32,000 nucleotides of DNA from Psychrobacter cryohalolentis K5 (GCF_000013905.1 NC_007968.1:1-32000), one strand, 5' to 3'. Shown: positions 1 to 9,452, counted from the stretch's first letter. Numbers and translations are program-made. Notes: generated from the sequence alone by a model not told the origin.

Positions 1-34
1 TTTAGCTATACGGTATATACCAAGGAAAAACAAA

Positions 35-715
35 ATGGATTGGATAAGTATTTTTATTTATGACACTACATGGGCTTTTGCGGCAGAAATAGTTATACGT
101 ACCACCATTATGTTTTGCTTGATTATTTTGTTATTACGAAGTACAGGCAAGCGCGGTATCCGCCAACTTTCAATTTTCGAATTAACTATAATTTTGGCAC
201 TTGGTTCTATTGCTGGTGATCCAATGTTTACAGAGGATCTGCCACTTATCCAAGCGGTGCTCATCATGAGCCTTGTCCTTTTTCTCTATAGACTTTTTAC
301 GTGGTTCAGCACAAAACATAAGCTTTTTGAGCTGTTATTAGAAGGCAAACCTACTTATATCGTAGAAAATGGCATGTTAATAATGGAAGATGTCAAGAAA
401 GGTAAAATGTCGCACGATGAGTTCTTTGCTGAAATGCGCCAACAAGGCGTGCGTCACCTAGGACAAGTGGAAGTAGGATTGCTCGAAACAGATGGTGAGT
501 TTAGTGTATTGTTATTTCCACACGAGGACACACAGTATGGACTACCCATTTTTCCTAAAGAGTTTCAGGCTACGAAAACCTTAAAGGATGGTCAGCTCTA
601 TGCTTGTATGCATTGCGGTTATGTCGAATGTATTTCAGCGCCAAATGAAGAATGCAATCGTTGCCATCATTCAAGAAGATGGGCTAAAGCTTTAAATAAT
701 AAGATTGTAAATTAG
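35..715 (+). CDS. DUF421 (YetF-like) membrane protein with a C-terminal 4-Cys zinc-ribbon-like tail
   Basis: The N-terminal TM helices and the stretch GKRGIRQLSIFELTIILALGSIAGDPMF are typical of DUF421. The C-terminus carries CMHCG...CNRCHH. An AGGAAAAA-type RBS region precedes the ATG. Confidence 0.7.
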   Translation: MDWISIFIYDTTWAFAAEIVIRTTIMFCLIILLLRSTGKRGIRQLSIFELTIILALGSIAGDPMFTEDLPLIQAVLIMSLVLFLYRLFTWFSTKHKLFELLLEGKPTYIVENGMLIMEDVKKGKMSHDEFFAEMRQQGVRHLGQVEVGLLETDGEFSVLLFPHEDTQYGLPIFPKEFQATKTLKDGQLYACMHCGYVECISAPNEECNRCHHSRRWAKALNNKIVN

Positions 716-1200
716 TCAGTATGGCGGTTTACCACCTCAATAATGCTCTTACAAATAAGACTATTGATGCTGCGTAGCTTTTGCTCAGGCACGCCTTGAC
801 AGATGCTGCGAAAATCATAAAGCTCATCTTTATAACCAATGCAATAAAAAAACGTTCCGACAGGCTTCTCCTCCGTTTCAGAGCCTCCAGGCTTTAATAA
901 ACCTGTACAAGCGACATGCAAGTCGGCATCAAACATTGTCTTAGACTTATTAACCAGTTCTTTTGTTACCTCTAGTGACTCAGGCGTACACTCAGCAATT
1001 AATTGGCTTGATATATTTAACACGTTCTTTTTTATCGCAACGTCGTAACATACCAAGCCACCCATTAATATGTCGCCTGAATAAGGACTCATAGAAAAGC
1101 GATGCGCTAGATAGCCCGCGGTCGCACTTTCAATAAAAACTATGGTTAATTGCTTATCTGCCAACAACTTTGCACAGCTATTAGTCACAACGCCCTCCAT
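712..1200 (-). CDS. CinA-family C-terminal domain protein (PncC-like nicotinamide-nucleotide amidohydrolase)
   Basis: TIVFIESATAGYLAHRFS...GGLVCYD and the C-terminal PVGTFFYCIG pattern resemble the CinA/PncC domain. The gene is convergent with 35-715 and their ends overlap by 4 nt. Confidence 0.7.
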   Translation of the reverse strand: MEGVVTNSCAKLLADKQLTIVFIESATAGYLAHRFSMSPYSGDILMGGLVCYDVAIKKNVLNISSQLIAECTPESLEVTKELVNKSKTMFDADLHVACTGLLKPGGSETEEKPVGTFFYCIGYKDELYDFRSICQGVPEQKLRSINSLICKSIIEVVNRHTD

Positions 1201-1342
1201 ATCAACATTAGAACAATCAAGGCTATTACAGTCCTTTCCTATTAAAAACTCAATTCATATCGTGATGAATTTGCGTAACAGTCTTTTTTAATTAGGTTTG
1301 CACTAGCAAAGGTAGAATAGGTAATAGTTTAGGTTCTGTAAT

Positions 1343-1424
1343 CTGATTAGATTAGAGTATACCCAAGAGAACCAATGAAACCGAATCTTTCTATCCAACG
1401 TCATTTGTCATAACGCCCGTTACG
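1343..1424 (+). repeat. Site a: GTATAC core (1357-1362) plus inward arm 1363-1424; inverted partner is site g
   Basis: GAGTATACCCAAGAGAACCAATGAAACCGAATCTTTCTATCCAACGTCATTT... Positions 1378-1424 match the reverse complement of 19213-19259 at about 41 of 47 positions (hand count). The shared AGAACCAATG (1368-1377 / rc 19266-19275) lies across a 6-nt indel. Confidence 0.7.
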
Positions 1425-1547
1425 TTTTTCAGCATAAATCACTTAGACATAGCGATTAACTGTATGTCATTATTCATCTTGAAATCAATCTCTTATTCTA
1501 ATTAATAAATAGTCGGCAGAAAAACTGACGCATTTTAGGGTTTTATT

Positions 1548-2117
1548 ATGAAAAAACTATCAACATTGAAGAAACCTCTTGTAATGGCACTGAGTGTCGC
1601 AAGCTTTAGCATTGCCTCTGTTTCAGCCAGTCAAGCAGCCCCTGCTGTGAATGAGGTAACGGCAGCGTCACAGAGTAAGATTAGCCTAGAGCAAGCGCTG
1701 GTCCTTGCTAATAAAGCGGTAAAAGGCGATATCATCAGTGCAGACTTTGATCAAGAATATCGTAACGCAAATAGCCATTACGATATCAACATCGTTACCA
1801 ACAATAATGAACAAGAAGTCAGCGTGAATGCCAATACAGGCAAGGTCACGAAAGGGGACACAGAGCGTTTAGACAAAGAAGACTTGGCAGAATATAAGGC
1901 TATGAAACAATCAAAAGTAAGTTTGTCTCAAGCCATAAAAAAAGCAAACCAAACGCTGAAAGGGAAAGTACTGGAAGTAGGATTCGATATGGATTTTGGC
2001 AAGCCTGTCTACAAAGTTGAAATTGGTAAAGGCAATCAGATTCATAAAGTTGTTGTCGACAGCATGACTGGTAAGATTACGCGCAGTCAGGTAAGCGACG
2101 TTGATCGTGATGATTAA
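1548..2117 (+). CDS. Secreted protein with two PepSY domains
   Basis: There is a signal peptide (MKKLSTLKKPLVMALSVASFSIASVSASQA). Two PepSY-like repeats are present: ISLEQALVLANKAVKGDIISADFD and VSLSQAIKKANQTLKGKVLEVGFD...YKVEI. Confidence 0.7.
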   Translation: MKKLSTLKKPLVMALSVASFSIASVSASQAAPAVNEVTAASQSKISLEQALVLANKAVKGDIISADFDQEYRNANSHYDINIVTNNNEQEVSVNANTGKVTKGDTERLDKEDLAEYKAMKQSKVSLSQAIKKANQTLKGKVLEVGFDMDFGKPVYKVEIGKGNQIHKVVVDSMTGKITRSQVSDVDRDD

Positions 2118-2158
2118 TTACTGATACCTTGTATTGCATATAGCCTCAAATATTAAAA

Positions 2159-2196
2159 AGCCCTAAGCTACTTTCTCAAGTGGCTTGGGGCTTTTT
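2159..2196 (+). terminator. Rho-independent terminator after the PepSY gene
   Basis: AGCCCTAAGC...GCTTGGGGCT forms a stem and is followed by TTTTT. Confidence 0.6.
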
Positions 2197-2571
2197 AATG
2201 GCCACTCTGATTTAATAGCAAGTCTAAATAAACAATTGTTGGTATCTAGTGTGGGTTCATATTTGTGGATTGTTGGCCGTTTTTTGTTTGTATGGTAAGA
2301 GATAGTTTTACTCGTTTACGAGTCACTTATCACATTAATGATGATAGTTACTTGCTAGTAAACGTTACTATATTAGTCACATTGTCAGTACAGCTACTAT
2401 AGTCACTGCACTACACAAGAGTTGTATTTTGGATATATATCATAAAATAATTTAGATAAGCCATTTTATACGACAAGTCAGATGAAGATTATTTTAAGAA
2501 CTAGCTTATTGGCTTAGCGGATTGTTCAATATTGAACTACCCCAAATGTATCGGAGGCAAAACTACTCGGG

Positions 2572-2661
2572 TCGATTCCTTATATGTATACCCCAAGATA
2601 ACCAATCAGGCGCTTTCACTGCTCCGGTACCCTAGTGAGGACTTGAACCTTAGGCTGTGAG
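2572..2661 (+). repeat. Site b: GTATAC core (2586-2591) plus inward arm of about 70 nt; inverted partner is site f
   Basis: GTATACCCCAAGATAACCAAT...TTCACTGCTCCGGTACCCTAGTGAGGACTTGAACCTTAGGCTGTGAG matches the reverse complement of 14545-14620, with one 7-nt indel. Confidence 0.7.
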
Positions 2662-2764
2662 ATATTGCTATTAGTACTCTAAATCTATTTAGATAAAATC
2701 AGTGTACATAGCAATGTAACTTTCAAAATGTAAGGTTGAGTATACAAACCGGGACGAATAATAA

Positions 2765-3208
2765 TTATTCAAGATTATCTTTTACTTTGAAAGGTTCTGA
2801 GAATTGTAGAATTAAGAAATTAACAACTGATAATATAATCGCTATCTCATAACGTCCATAAGCAACAGAGATGCCGATAGCAGCGGTATTCCATAAACTT
2901 GCAGCTGTCGCAGTGCCTTTTACCGTATTATCACCTTTAAAAATAGCCCCACCACCGATAAAGCCCATGCCCGTAATAATTGCGTACATGATTCTCGCTT
3001 CGGGTTCTGCTGCACCTCCATGATAGATATCGACAGCCACTAGCATGAAAGCACAGGATGCAATACTGACTAATGGGAAAGTTCTGAGTCCTGCACCCTT
3101 ATCTTTCATCTCACGATTAAGCGCAATCGGTAGGGAAAGCACGAAGGCAATTGCTAATTGAATTAGGTGATATACCATTAATTTTAAGTTTAAATCAAAT
3201 TCAAACAT
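2765..3208 (-). CDS. mgtC: MgtC/SapB family membrane protein
   Basis: GLRTFPLVSIASCAFM...GMGFIGGGAIF...GTATAASLWNTAAIGISVAYG is the characteristic MgtC core. Confidence 0.8.
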   Translation of the reverse strand: MFEFDLNLKLMVYHLIQLAIAFVLSLPIALNREMKDKGAGLRTFPLVSIASCAFMLVAVDIYHGGAAEPEARIMYAIITGMGFIGGGAIFKGDNTVKGTATAASLWNTAAIGISVAYGRYEIAIILSVVNFLILQFSEPFKVKDNLE

Positions 3209-3264
3209 GGTTTATTGCACTCTTTAAAAGAAGGTTAAATGAACAGGGGTGATTATCGTTATTT

Positions 3265-4188
3265 TTAATGCGTCGAAGATGACTTATTACTGCGTAATTT
3301 ACCAATCATGGTGACAATAGCCACGACAATAACACCGACGGCTAAACCTACCAACGCATTTAAGAGCATGGTTGTCACACTTCCAAATATGCCAGTTAGG
3401 TGCGCTAAGTCTTCCACTTCATGATGCAAAAAACTGATCCCGTGCACTAAGATACCGCCGCCCACTAGAAACATAGCTAATGTCCCAGCAATCGATAGAA
3501 ACTTCATCAGCTTTGGTGCCGCAGACAATAAAATCCCACCTATTTTCTGCTTTGCACCGTTCGTCTGTTTCATTAGGTAAAGACCTAAATCATCCATTTT
3601 AACGATACCCGCTACTAAGCCATAAACGCCTACTGTAATGCCAATAGCAATAATAGACAGCATCACGCTCTTCTCTAAAAGCGTCGCTCCAACTGCTGAG
3701 CCGAGTGCAATTACGATAATTTCAGCCGATAGAATAAAGTCGGTGCGCACCGCACCTTTGATTTTGTCCTTTTCAAAAGCAACCAAATCAATCGTCTCAT
3801 CAGCATTGGCACGTAGACGGGCTATTTGTTCTTCATCGTGAGGTAAGATATGTGGCCAGAACTTATGAATGATTTTTTCAGCACCCTCATAAGCCAAATA
3901 GACACCTCCGCACATCAATAAAAACGTGACTAATGGCGGGTAGATGGCACTAATCAGCAACGCTAACGGCACTAATATAAGCTTGTTAACGAATGAGCCT
4001 TTGGCAACGGCCCAAACTACTGGCAGCTCACGGTCTGCTTTAACACCTGAAACTTGCTCTGCATTAAGGGCTAGATCATCGCCCAATACACCCGCCGTTT
4101 TTTTAACGGCAACCTTGGTCATAAGTGACACATCATCTAATATCACACTGATGTCATCAAGCAAGGTTAATAAACTGGCTCCTGCCAT
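3265..4188 (-). CDS. DUF808 (YedI-like) inner membrane protein
   Basis: The N-terminus MAGASLLTLLDDISVILDDVSLMTKVAVKKTAGVLGDDLALNAEQV is typical of DUF808. Multiple TM segments are present. Confidence 0.7.
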   Translation of the reverse strand: MAGASLLTLLDDISVILDDVSLMTKVAVKKTAGVLGDDLALNAEQVSGVKADRELPVVWAVAKGSFVNKLILVPLALLISAIYPPLVTFLLMCGGVYLAYEGAEKIIHKFWPHILPHDEEQIARLRANADETIDLVAFEKDKIKGAVRTDFILSAEIIVIALGSAVGATLLEKSVMLSIIAIGITVGVYGLVAGIVKMDDLGLYLMKQTNGAKQKIGGILLSAAPKLMKFLSIAGTLAMFLVGGGILVHGISFLHHEVEDLAHLTGIFGSVTTMLLNALVGLAVGVIVVAIVTMIGKLRSNKSSSTH

Positions 4189-4247
4189 GTGTGCTCCTTT
4201 GCGTCTATTTATATAAATTAATTGATAGGTTTTTTATTAAAGTCTTT

Positions 4248-4772
4248 CTAATGTTTTTTGGTGTCACCGACAATCTTATCCATCAAAGCAAATAACAGGC
4301 CTGACAGTACAAACGTCATATGGATAATCACTTTCCACATCAATCTATCAGCATCACCTTCGCTCATCTCTTTAGGTATATCCATAAATGATTTAAGAAG
4401 ATCAATCGCAGAAATGGCAACGATGGCACCAATCACTTTGAGTTTTAGCCCAGAGAAATTGATTTTCCCCATCCATTCAGGGCGGTCCTCATGATCTCCG
4501 GTATCAATTTTTGAGACAAAAATCTCATAACCACTAAATATGATGATAAGCAATAAACTTGCGACTAATGACATGTCGATAAGCGCCAACGTACCAACGA
4601 TGACATCGGCTTCAGATGCACTGAACACATGAGTCGTCATATGCCACAGCTCTTGAAAAAACTTAATAAATAATAAAATGATACCGAGCACCAATCCCAA
4701 ATAGAACGGTGCTAGCAGCCAACGACTATTAAATATGGTTTTTTCTAATCTTTGTTCAGCTTTCTTCAGCAT
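4248..4772 (-). CDS. UPF0114 (YqhA-like) membrane protein
   Basis: The start RLEKTIFNSRWLLAPFYLGLVLGI is typical of the YqhA family, and the 174-aa size fits. Confidence 0.65.
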   Translation of the reverse strand: MLKKAEQRLEKTIFNSRWLLAPFYLGLVLGIILLFIKFFQELWHMTTHVFSASEADVIVGTLALIDMSLVASLLLIIIFSGYEIFVSKIDTGDHEDRPEWMGKINFSGLKLKVIGAIVAISAIDLLKSFMDIPKEMSEGDADRLMWKVIIHMTFVLSGLLFALMDKIVGDTKKH

Positions 4773-4845
4773 TTGTGTCTCTTGTTGTGGGTAATATAAA
4801 TGTTTAAATATGATGTCTATTATTAGGTAATAAAAAGCAATGCAT

Positions 4846-4891
4846 GTTAATAACAGGTTATACCAATTATTTGGTATAACCTGTTATTAAC
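4846..4891 (-). terminator. Perfect 21-bp inverted repeat with a 4-nt loop between the DUF475 and UPF0114 genes
   Basis: GTTAATAACAGGTTATACCAA-TTAT-TTGGTATAACCTGTTATTAAC lies just downstream of the 4935 stop on the minus strand. Confidence 0.45.
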
Positions 4892-4934
4892 GATATTCTA
4901 AGATAATAATTTTTTGCTTTACATTCTCTACACT

Positions 4935-5999
4935 CTAAGCAGTGAGTTTTGCCTGTTGCTTACGATGTTTCAGTGAAGCAAGCAGTGCCCAACCAATAAA
5001 GGCAATACCGATCAGTCCCGTAATAAGCTCTGGCACATGGAATTTCACCGATAACAACATGATGATGGCTAAAGCGCCGATGGCATAATGCGCGCCGTGT
5101 TCAAGATAGACAAACTCATCAAGCGTGCCTTTATCAACTAAGAAGATAGTCATCGAACGCACAAACATCGCACCGATTGCAAGACCCAGCATAATCACGA
5201 TAACGTCATTGGTAATCGCAAATGCGCCAATCACGCCATCGAAACTGAATGAAGCATCAAGGACTTCTAAGTATAAGAAACCGATAATACCGCCTTTCAT
5301 AATGGCGCTAGTTGCAGCACCAGTACTATTACCTTGAGCGTCTAGTTCTTCTTCAAGATCACCTTCAAGCATACCAGAAACCACTTGTACGCCAAGGTAT
5401 ACCAAGATACCCCAAATACCCGCAATCAATACCGCTGCTGACTGCTCAGGGTTAGCAAATGATACCGCAATCATCAACACGATAAGCGCCACAAACACGC
5501 TCATGGCATCGACTTTACCCAGTTTTGCCAAGCGGCTCTCGAGCCAATCAAACCAATGTACTTCTTTATCATCAAAGATAAAGTTCAAGAACACCAATAG
5601 TAAGAAGATACCACCAAAGGCTGAGATTTCAGCATGGTGTGCCATTAGTCTTGCCGAGTATTCTTTAGGATCGTTCAATGCCAAATCTATAACTTGCATC
5701 ATACCAAGATCAGCGGTAACCGCGACGATGACAATAGGGAATACCAAACGCATACCGAAGACGGCGATTAAAATACCGACGGTTAAAAATATCTTTTTCC
5801 AAAACTCATCCCAGCCTTTAAGAACTGAGGCATTGACCACCGCATTATCGAATGATAATGAGATTTCCATGACGGCCAAAATCGCGGTAATAGATAAGGT
5901 TGCGATCAAACCACCCATCCCGCCATGTGAATATCCCCACCATGCCGCGATCGCTAATGCAATGGCGGTAAAGATGAAGTCTAAATAAAAATGTCTCAT
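4935..5999 (-). CDS. DUF475 (TerC-related) integral membrane protein
   Basis: LSFDNAVVNASVL and a second ASFSFDGVIGAFAIT motif show the TerC-like duplicated architecture. Confidence 0.65.
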   Translation of the reverse strand: MRHFYLDFIFTAIALAIAAWWGYSHGGMGGLIATLSITAILAVMEISLSFDNAVVNASVLKGWDEFWKKIFLTVGILIAVFGMRLVFPIVIVAVTADLGMMQVIDLALNDPKEYSARLMAHHAEISAFGGIFLLLVFLNFIFDDKEVHWFDWLESRLAKLGKVDAMSVFVALIVLMIAVSFANPEQSAAVLIAGIWGILVYLGVQVVSGMLEGDLEEELDAQGNSTGAATSAIMKGGIIGFLYLEVLDASFSFDGVIGAFAITNDVIVIMLGLAIGAMFVRSMTIFLVDKGTLDEFVYLEHGAHYAIGALAIIMLLSVKFHVPELITGLIGIAFIGWALLASLKHRKQQAKLTA

Positions 6000-6299
6000 G
6001 ACACATCCTGTCTGGTTGCGTAAAGCTAAGTGTATCTACTAAAAGTATGAGGCATAAAAAAAGTGGCTATCGTGAGCCACTTCCCTATGTGATTTTTAAT
6101 AGAATATAAAGTATTTTTTTAAAATATTCTATGCAGAATTGTCACTGTATTTTTTATGCTTTGGCGATTAAAAACACCTTATATTTTAATAATAATTCTA
6201 AGTATAAGATACTGATCAAATAGAGTTATGCTGCGTAGTTTAGCTTCTGTATTAGCATTACTTAGAAAAATGCGAATTCCACTCACAAATAAAATTTTG

Positions 6300-6331
6300 C
6301 TATTTTGGGTATACCCTAGCGATACCAGTAA
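6300..6331 (+). repeat. Site c: GGGTATACCC (6307-6316) plus arm TAGCGATACCAGTAA; inverted partner is the left arm of the dyad at 8961-8982
   Basis: GGGTATACCCTAGCGATACCAGTAA compares with the reverse complement GTATACCCCAACTGAACCAGTAA. Confidence 0.6.
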
Positions 6332-6451
6332 AACAAACCATAATTTGAGCTAATGAGTTACCTAGAATGAACAATGTTAACAGGACTATTAATTATCTTA
6401 AATGGTTGCCTTTTGGCTACTAGCCCATGTTATGTCTAATAATGATAGAAA

Positions 6452-8224
6452 CTATGCCACCGCTGGCCCCTCTAGTTGTTTTAGGCCAATCGTTCTCAGT
6501 CTTCCTTGGTCATCAACTTCTTTAATGACCAACAACCATTCCTCATTAATCGCAACCGTATCGCCTGCTACGGGTGCCATCTTTAAGCTATCCTTAATGT
6601 ATTCAGCAACCGTTTGTTCCCACATATTTTTCGTGTTCAGGGTATCTTCTAGAGATTCGAATTTCATCCTATCGGTAAAGAAAGGCACATCTTTAAGTTT
6701 GACACTCGGCGATAGCATCCAATCGCCATAAAAATCATCGATGGCTCTACGGTCTAACGTCGTGTCATTAAAAACATTCGCAATCTGATCGGCATAATCG
6801 CCACTCATGGCATACCAAACGCTATCGCCAAATTTGAGCTTAGTCTCTTCATTAATTGCCAAGATTTGCTGACCACGCACTAAGGCAAAAACATGGATTC
6901 CTTCAGGGCTGATTCGCGCAGATATATCCCTCGGATGACGACCAATTGCAAACGCACCTAACTTTACTTCAAATTCATACAACGTAATGCTTGCTCTATC
7001 TGACACCCACACTTCATGCTCTTCTTTTGGGCCCTTATTGTTAGGAATACGCACCTTAAACAGATTGGCCATAAAAGGAATGGTCGTCCCTTGTAATACT
7101 AATGATAAAACTACCACACCAAAAGCAATATCAAATAGCATAAAGGCATTATCTACCCCTGCAATCACTGGCAACATGGCAAGGGTGATGGGTACCGCAC
7201 CGCGTAAGCCAACCCAAGAGATAAAGCCGATCTCTTTGTTTTTAAATTTAAACGGTAAAACACTGGTATAGACTGCAATAGGACGAGCCACTAAAATCAT
7301 AAAGGCAGCAATGGCCACTGAATAAGGCCAAACTTCAAGAACGTTCGATGGCGTGACCAATAGGCCCAATACCACGAATAACACCGCTTGCGACAACCAC
7401 GCAAAGCTGTCCATCACGCGCATGACATGCTCAGTTGAGCGTACCTTATGGTTGCCAATCATAATACCAGCGATAAAGACCGCGAGAAACCCACTACCGC
7501 CCAGTAAGTTAGTGGCAGAAAACACTGCTAAACCCGCCGACATTATTAAAATGGCATACATACCTTCTGCCAAATGTATCTTGGGTAATAATCGAGATAG
7601 GAAATAACCAAAGAACAAGCCCATTCCTAAACCAAAACTAAGCTGTTGTAATAGTAGGCCTAAGAAGCCTAGCGCTGTCTGTCCGGCAGGATCAACATTT
7701 AAAGCAATTAATCCTGTGACTAACAAAATCGCTAAAGGGTCGTTGGCGCCAGACTCAAGCTCCAAAGTTGCTTGGACGCGGTCGTTAAGCTTAACACCGC
7801 CATTACGCAGCAGTGAAAATACCGCTGCCGCATCGGTAGAGCCAACGATTGCCGCTAGCAATAGCCCAAAGCGCCAATCGACATCCAGCAGCCATGTGAC
7901 GAATACACCCAGTATCATGACTGTCGCAAGTACGCCCCAAGTGGCCAGTGTGATGGCTGGTTTTAAGCCAACTCGGAATGATTTAACAGAGGTGCGCAAC
8001 CCACCATCTAACAAAATACAGGCTAGGGCTGCTTGTCCGACAAAATTGGCTATCGCATATTGAGAAAATTCAATACCCAAGATACCTTCTTCACCAGCGA
8101 GCATCCCGACGACTAAAAACAATAGCAAAAGTGGAACACCCAAACGCGCCGATAACGTACTTGCCATGATACTGGCGAAAATTAATACTGCTCCTACGAG
8201 ATACACGATATTTAAGGTATCCAT
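6452..8224 (-). CDS. nhaP2: K+/H+ (cation:proton) antiporter, NhaP2/CvrA type (CPA1) with a C-terminal TrkA_C-like domain
   Basis: The N-terminus IFASIMASTLSARLGVPLLLLFLVVGMLAGEEG, about 12 TM segments and a soluble C-terminal domain of about 170 aa fit this type. Confidence 0.85.
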   Translation of the reverse strand: MDTLNIVYLVGAVLIFASIMASTLSARLGVPLLLLFLVVGMLAGEEGILGIEFSQYAIANFVGQAALACILLDGGLRTSVKSFRVGLKPAITLATWGVLATVMILGVFVTWLLDVDWRFGLLLAAIVGSTDAAAVFSLLRNGGVKLNDRVQATLELESGANDPLAILLVTGLIALNVDPAGQTALGFLGLLLQQLSFGLGMGLFFGYFLSRLLPKIHLAEGMYAILIMSAGLAVFSATNLLGGSGFLAVFIAGIMIGNHKVRSTEHVMRVMDSFAWLSQAVLFVVLGLLVTPSNVLEVWPYSVAIAAFMILVARPIAVYTSVLPFKFKNKEIGFISWVGLRGAVPITLAMLPVIAGVDNAFMLFDIAFGVVVLSLVLQGTTIPFMANLFKVRIPNNKGPKEEHEVWVSDRASITLYEFEVKLGAFAIGRHPRDISARISPEGIHVFALVRGQQILAINEETKLKFGDSVWYAMSGDYADQIANVFNDTTLDRRAIDDFYGDWMLSPSVKLKDVPFFTDRMKFESLEDTLNTKNMWEQTVAEYIKDSLKMAPVAGDTVAINEEWLLVIKEVDDQGRLRTIGLKQLEGPAVA

Positions 8225-8384
8225 GTTTCATTAAGCCCTATTTTATAATACTAAGCTGTTTTAACCAGAACGGGAGTAACATTTACCCATTGCTTTCAAC
8301 GGTTAATTATTGTTTTAACATACTCCTTAAGAATAACTGAGCTATGCTTGTATGTTGGTAAATATCTTATTATATTTTCGCTAA

Positions 8385-8756
8385 ATGAGTCATATTATGA
8401 AAAAAGAGACACTGACAGGACTGTCTATTATTACATTTGCAGCATTTTATATTTGGATTCAAAATGGCAGTAACCCATCTGATAAAAAAAGAAACACTGA
8501 ACTCGAACAAGCTCAAAAAACATCAAAGATTGCATTGCTAACGAAGTGCCAGAAAGCAGTACAGCCCATGCTTAAAGGTTTTAAATCTATGGACATTAAA
8601 CGAAAAAACACAGACTACAGACGATTAAATAATGGTAACTTTGAAGTCATAACACATTACTACGCTGAAGATAGCTTGGATGCGGCCCCGCTCATTATCG
8701 TCGACTGCTTATTCGATAAAGATGGCAGTTTATTAGAAACAGGGCAGGTTAAATAA
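8385..8756 (+). CDS. Hypothetical membrane-anchored protein (alternative start at 8397, MKKETL)
   Basis: The ORF has one N-terminal hydrophobic helix. I recognise no family. Confidence 0.4.
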   Translation: MSHIMKKETLTGLSIITFAAFYIWIQNGSNPSDKKRNTELEQAQKTSKIALLTKCQKAVQPMLKGFKSMDIKRKNTDYRRLNNGNFEVITHYYAEDSLDAAPLIIVDCLFDKDGSLLETGQVK

Positions 8757-8965
8757 CTTCCAGTATAGCTATGGAGCTGTAGTAGATAAGACTTTAAATA
8801 ACACACCTTTTTCTAAAATTTTTTAAGCTGCTCATGATGCTGGCCATTTGCTCAGCCAGTTTTTTAATATCAGATTGAGTAGTCATTGCTTATTCTCCTG
8901 TTATTGAATTATAAGCAGTTGCACAATTTTTAGGAAAAGCTTTTCAATCTGGAATTAAATTACTG

Positions 8966-8993
8966 GTTCAGTTGGGGTATACCCGAGCGGAAC
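8966..8993. repeat. 28-bp dyad GTTCAGTTGGGGTATACCCGAGCGGAAC (shared end of pairs c/c-prime and d/e)
   Basis: The arms GTTCAGTTGGGGTA and GTTCCGCTCGGGTA (rc) match at 11 of 14 positions around a central TA. Confidence 0.7.
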
Positions 8994-9076
8994 CGGCTAA
9001 CTCACCCTTCAAACCCATTGATAGACCATTTAAAATGGACTAAAGCAGTAAAACCACTTCAAGCGTACTATTATTA
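8974..9076 (+). repeat. Site d: imperfect inverted repeat of about 100 bp, partner of site e
   Basis: The ungapped alignment of 8977-9076 with the reverse complement of 13185-13284 is roughly two thirds identical by hand count. Conserved blocks include AGACCA.TTAAAA and AACCACTT. Confidence 0.7.
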
Positions 9077-9089
9077 GCATATTTTTAAT

Positions 9090-9118
9090 AAAAAAAAGCC
9101 AACCATAAGAGGGTGGCT
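9090..9118 (-). terminator. Terminator downstream of higA
   Basis: The GCCAACC...GGTGGC stem is followed on the minus strand by a run of T (A8 on the plus strand). Confidence 0.5.
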
Positions 9119-9148
9119 TATTAGCGTTTGAATCACTCGAATTCATTA

Positions 9149-9451
9149 TTACACATTAAAGCCTATGTGCTTCCCTGTTGGCAGCTCAACATCGATACGA
9201 AGCTTACCACCCATAGCTTCAACATATTTTTTCATGGTCGATATTTTAAGATCATTGCCGCGATTTTCTATAGCAGACAATGAAGGCTGTTTAATACCCA
9301 TGGTTTGAGCCAGCTCTTTTTGAGAGATCTCTAACTCTTCACGGATACGAGACAGCTGGTTTTCTAAAAGCAGTTGCTCTGCCAGTTGTTTAATACGCGC
9401 TTGGCTATCCAAAGAGCGCTCAGCTAACATCTCTTGTAATGTCTTAGTCAT
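9149..9451 (-). CDS. higA: HigA-type antitoxin, XRE-family HTH
   Basis: SQKELAQTMGIKQPSLSAIENRGNDLKISTMKKYVEAMGGKL is an XRE HTH. The gene starts 1 nt downstream of the toxin gene. Confidence 0.8.
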   Translation of the reverse strand: MTKTLQEMLAERSLDSQARIKQLAEQLLLENQLSRIREELEISQKELAQTMGIKQPSLSAIENRGNDLKISTMKKYVEAMGGKLRIDVELPTGKHIGFNV

Positions 9452-9452
9452 G

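Noticed and set aside
2615-2650. The tRNA-like sequence in arms b and f considered as an actual tRNA gene.
   Set aside because: Only a T-arm/acceptor-3-prime-like portion is present. No complementary 5-prime acceptor strand, D-arm or anticodon arm is found at the expected distance in either copy.
3638-8063. Many 60-160-aa ORFs lie antisense to the membrane-protein genes (3638-3841, 3944-4216, 4258-4494, 5125-5337, 5503-5988, 6402-6731, 6987-7271, 7353-7607, 7716-8063).
   Set aside because: Each lies wholly inside a long, family-recognisable gene on the other strand. Their S/T/A/P/I-rich compositions are typical of the mirror frames of hydrophobic proteins, and no start signals are visible.
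8974-9011. Site d considered as a Tn3-family 38-bp terminal inverted repeat (GGGGT start, AACTCAC at positions 26-32 as in the Tn3 IR, from memory).
   Set aside because: The inverted partner e lacks both the outer GGGG and the AACTCAC block. Adjacent ends overlap on the palindrome rather than abutting, no 5-bp target duplications fit, and there is no tnpA in the window. I keep it only as a secondary hypothesis.
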